Origin: a virus
IMG/VR virus record: IMGVR_UViG_3300002307_000008
Coordinates: 1-39,940 of that record
Direction: 5' to 3' (one strand)
Length of the DNA: 39,940 nucleotides
Below are positions 39,593-39,940 of this stretch, piece by piece (positions within the stretch are counted from its first letter, which is position 1; each line of letters begins with the position of its first letter). A model generated the notes under the pieces. That model did no database searches and was not told the origin of the DNA. It saw only the letters and a program-made list of their open reading frames with translations. The position numbers were made by a program, and so were the translations under genes.

Positions 39593-39940
39593 TCGGAGTC
39601 ACCGCCTCTGTTGCTGGCTCTTCTGGTAGTCCGGTTTCGGTCAAAATTCCGAGTCCGACTTCGCCGCCGACTGCCTTACCGCAGGTGATAGCGTCCGACC
39701 AACCAGCCGGTTTGTGCTTGTAAATCCAAACCCCCGCGAAGATCTTGGTTGACCACTGCAAAACGAGCTTGCAAAGGATGCCCTCACCGGCCTCGATGCC
39801 CGAACCGGCCTTGATGCCCCAACCGGCCTTGATGCCCTCACCGGCCTCGATGCCCGAACCGGCCTTGATGCCCCAACCGGCCTCGATGCCCTCACCGGCC
39901 TCGATGCCCGAACCGGCCTTGATGCCCCAACCGGCCTTGA
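39585..39940 (-). CDS. Hexapeptide-repeat protein, 3' part (GI[KE]AG[WSE] repeats, then ILCKLVLQWSTKIFAGVWIYKHKPAGWSDAITCGKAVGGEVGLGILTETGLPEEPATEAVTPNE)
   Basis: The frame is open from the window end to TGA at 39587..39585, overlapping the ATG (39592) of the next gene. It is in frame with 1..309 once the 47-nt duplication is removed, giving about 205 aa as assembled. Confidence 0.7.
   Translation of the reverse strand, partial: KAGWGIKAGSGIEAGEGIEAGWGIKAGSGIEAGEGIKAGWGIKAGSGIEAGEGILCKLVLQWSTKIFAGVWIYKHKPAGWSDAITCGKAVGGEVGLGILTETGLPEEPATEAVTPNE
39777..39940. repeat. 18-bp tandem repeat array (9 units plus 2 nt) with 54-bp super-period
   Basis: Read directly. The units cycle CTC/CGA/CCA at the variable triplet. 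Joined to 1..99 after removing the 47-nt duplication, this gives 12 units (216 bp). Confidence 0.95.
39894..39940. repeat. Terminal overlap identical to 1..47 (direct terminal repeat from assembly or circular closure)
   Basis: Character-by-character comparison gives 47/47 identical. A register shifted by one 54-nt super-repeat (alignment starting at 39840) does not match perfectly. Confidence 0.9.

Noticed and set aside
39641-39895. Track ORF translating the tandem repeat as ASRPV[RG] repeats
   Set aside because: It starts at an ATG inside the repeat with no RBS. The GI[KE]AG frame has an AGGAGG-ATG start at 309, stays open across the circular junction and ends in a stop overlapping the next gene's start. 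The ASRPVR frame is therefore taken as a by-product of the repeat.

Overview
The window looks like a complete, circularly closed genome of a temperate HK97-like siphovirus. Its last 47 nt (39894..39940) are identical to its first 47 nt, so the unique length is about 39,893 bp. All family calls come from motifs read in the supplied translations; no database search was run.

Layout:
- Immunity switch (321..1353): a divergent HTH gene and a CI/LexA-type S24 repressor, with a repeated operator-like 14-mer.
- Plus-strand early/lysogeny operon (1519..8341), tightly translationally coupled: Gp157-like, small membrane ORFs, ICE-type ParB, an orphan C5-methyltransferase C-terminal fragment, ASCH, MmcB-like nuclease, excisionase-like HTH and tyrosine integrase.
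- attP (8353..8542): the 3' 45 nt of a tRNA-Thr(GGU) flanked by four GTGTGGTTT arm-type repeats.
- One long minus-strand transcription unit that wraps through the window ends. It runs from a hexapeptide-repeat beta-helix protein through an SSAP-like protein, VRR-NUC, a soluble FtsK/SpoIIIE-like translocase and a DUF1376 protein. A 500-bp non-coding region follows, containing a GGAATTCC site array and a tRNA-like element without an anticodon arm. Then come a membrane-protein cluster in the lysis position, TerS-like, TerL, portal, S49 protease, HK97 capsid, connectors, major tail protein, G/GT chaperone with a -1 frameshift, tape measure and two very large tail proteins.
- A terminator-delimited accessory cassette (9185..12718) next to attP, with signal-peptide SGNH esterase and HNH nuclease, a DUF6527-like Zn protein and a minimal nucleotidyltransferase-like protein.

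Most worth follow-up:
- the repeat-encoded beta-helix early protein spanning the closure point
- the accessory cassette beside attP
- the phage FtsK-like translocase, in a replication module with no recognisable helicase, primase or polymerase
- the anticodon-arm-less tRNA-like element with its adjacent palindromic site array
- the opposite-strand membrane moron inside the tail operon
- the orphan methyltransferase fragment
- the absence of a recognisable endolysin
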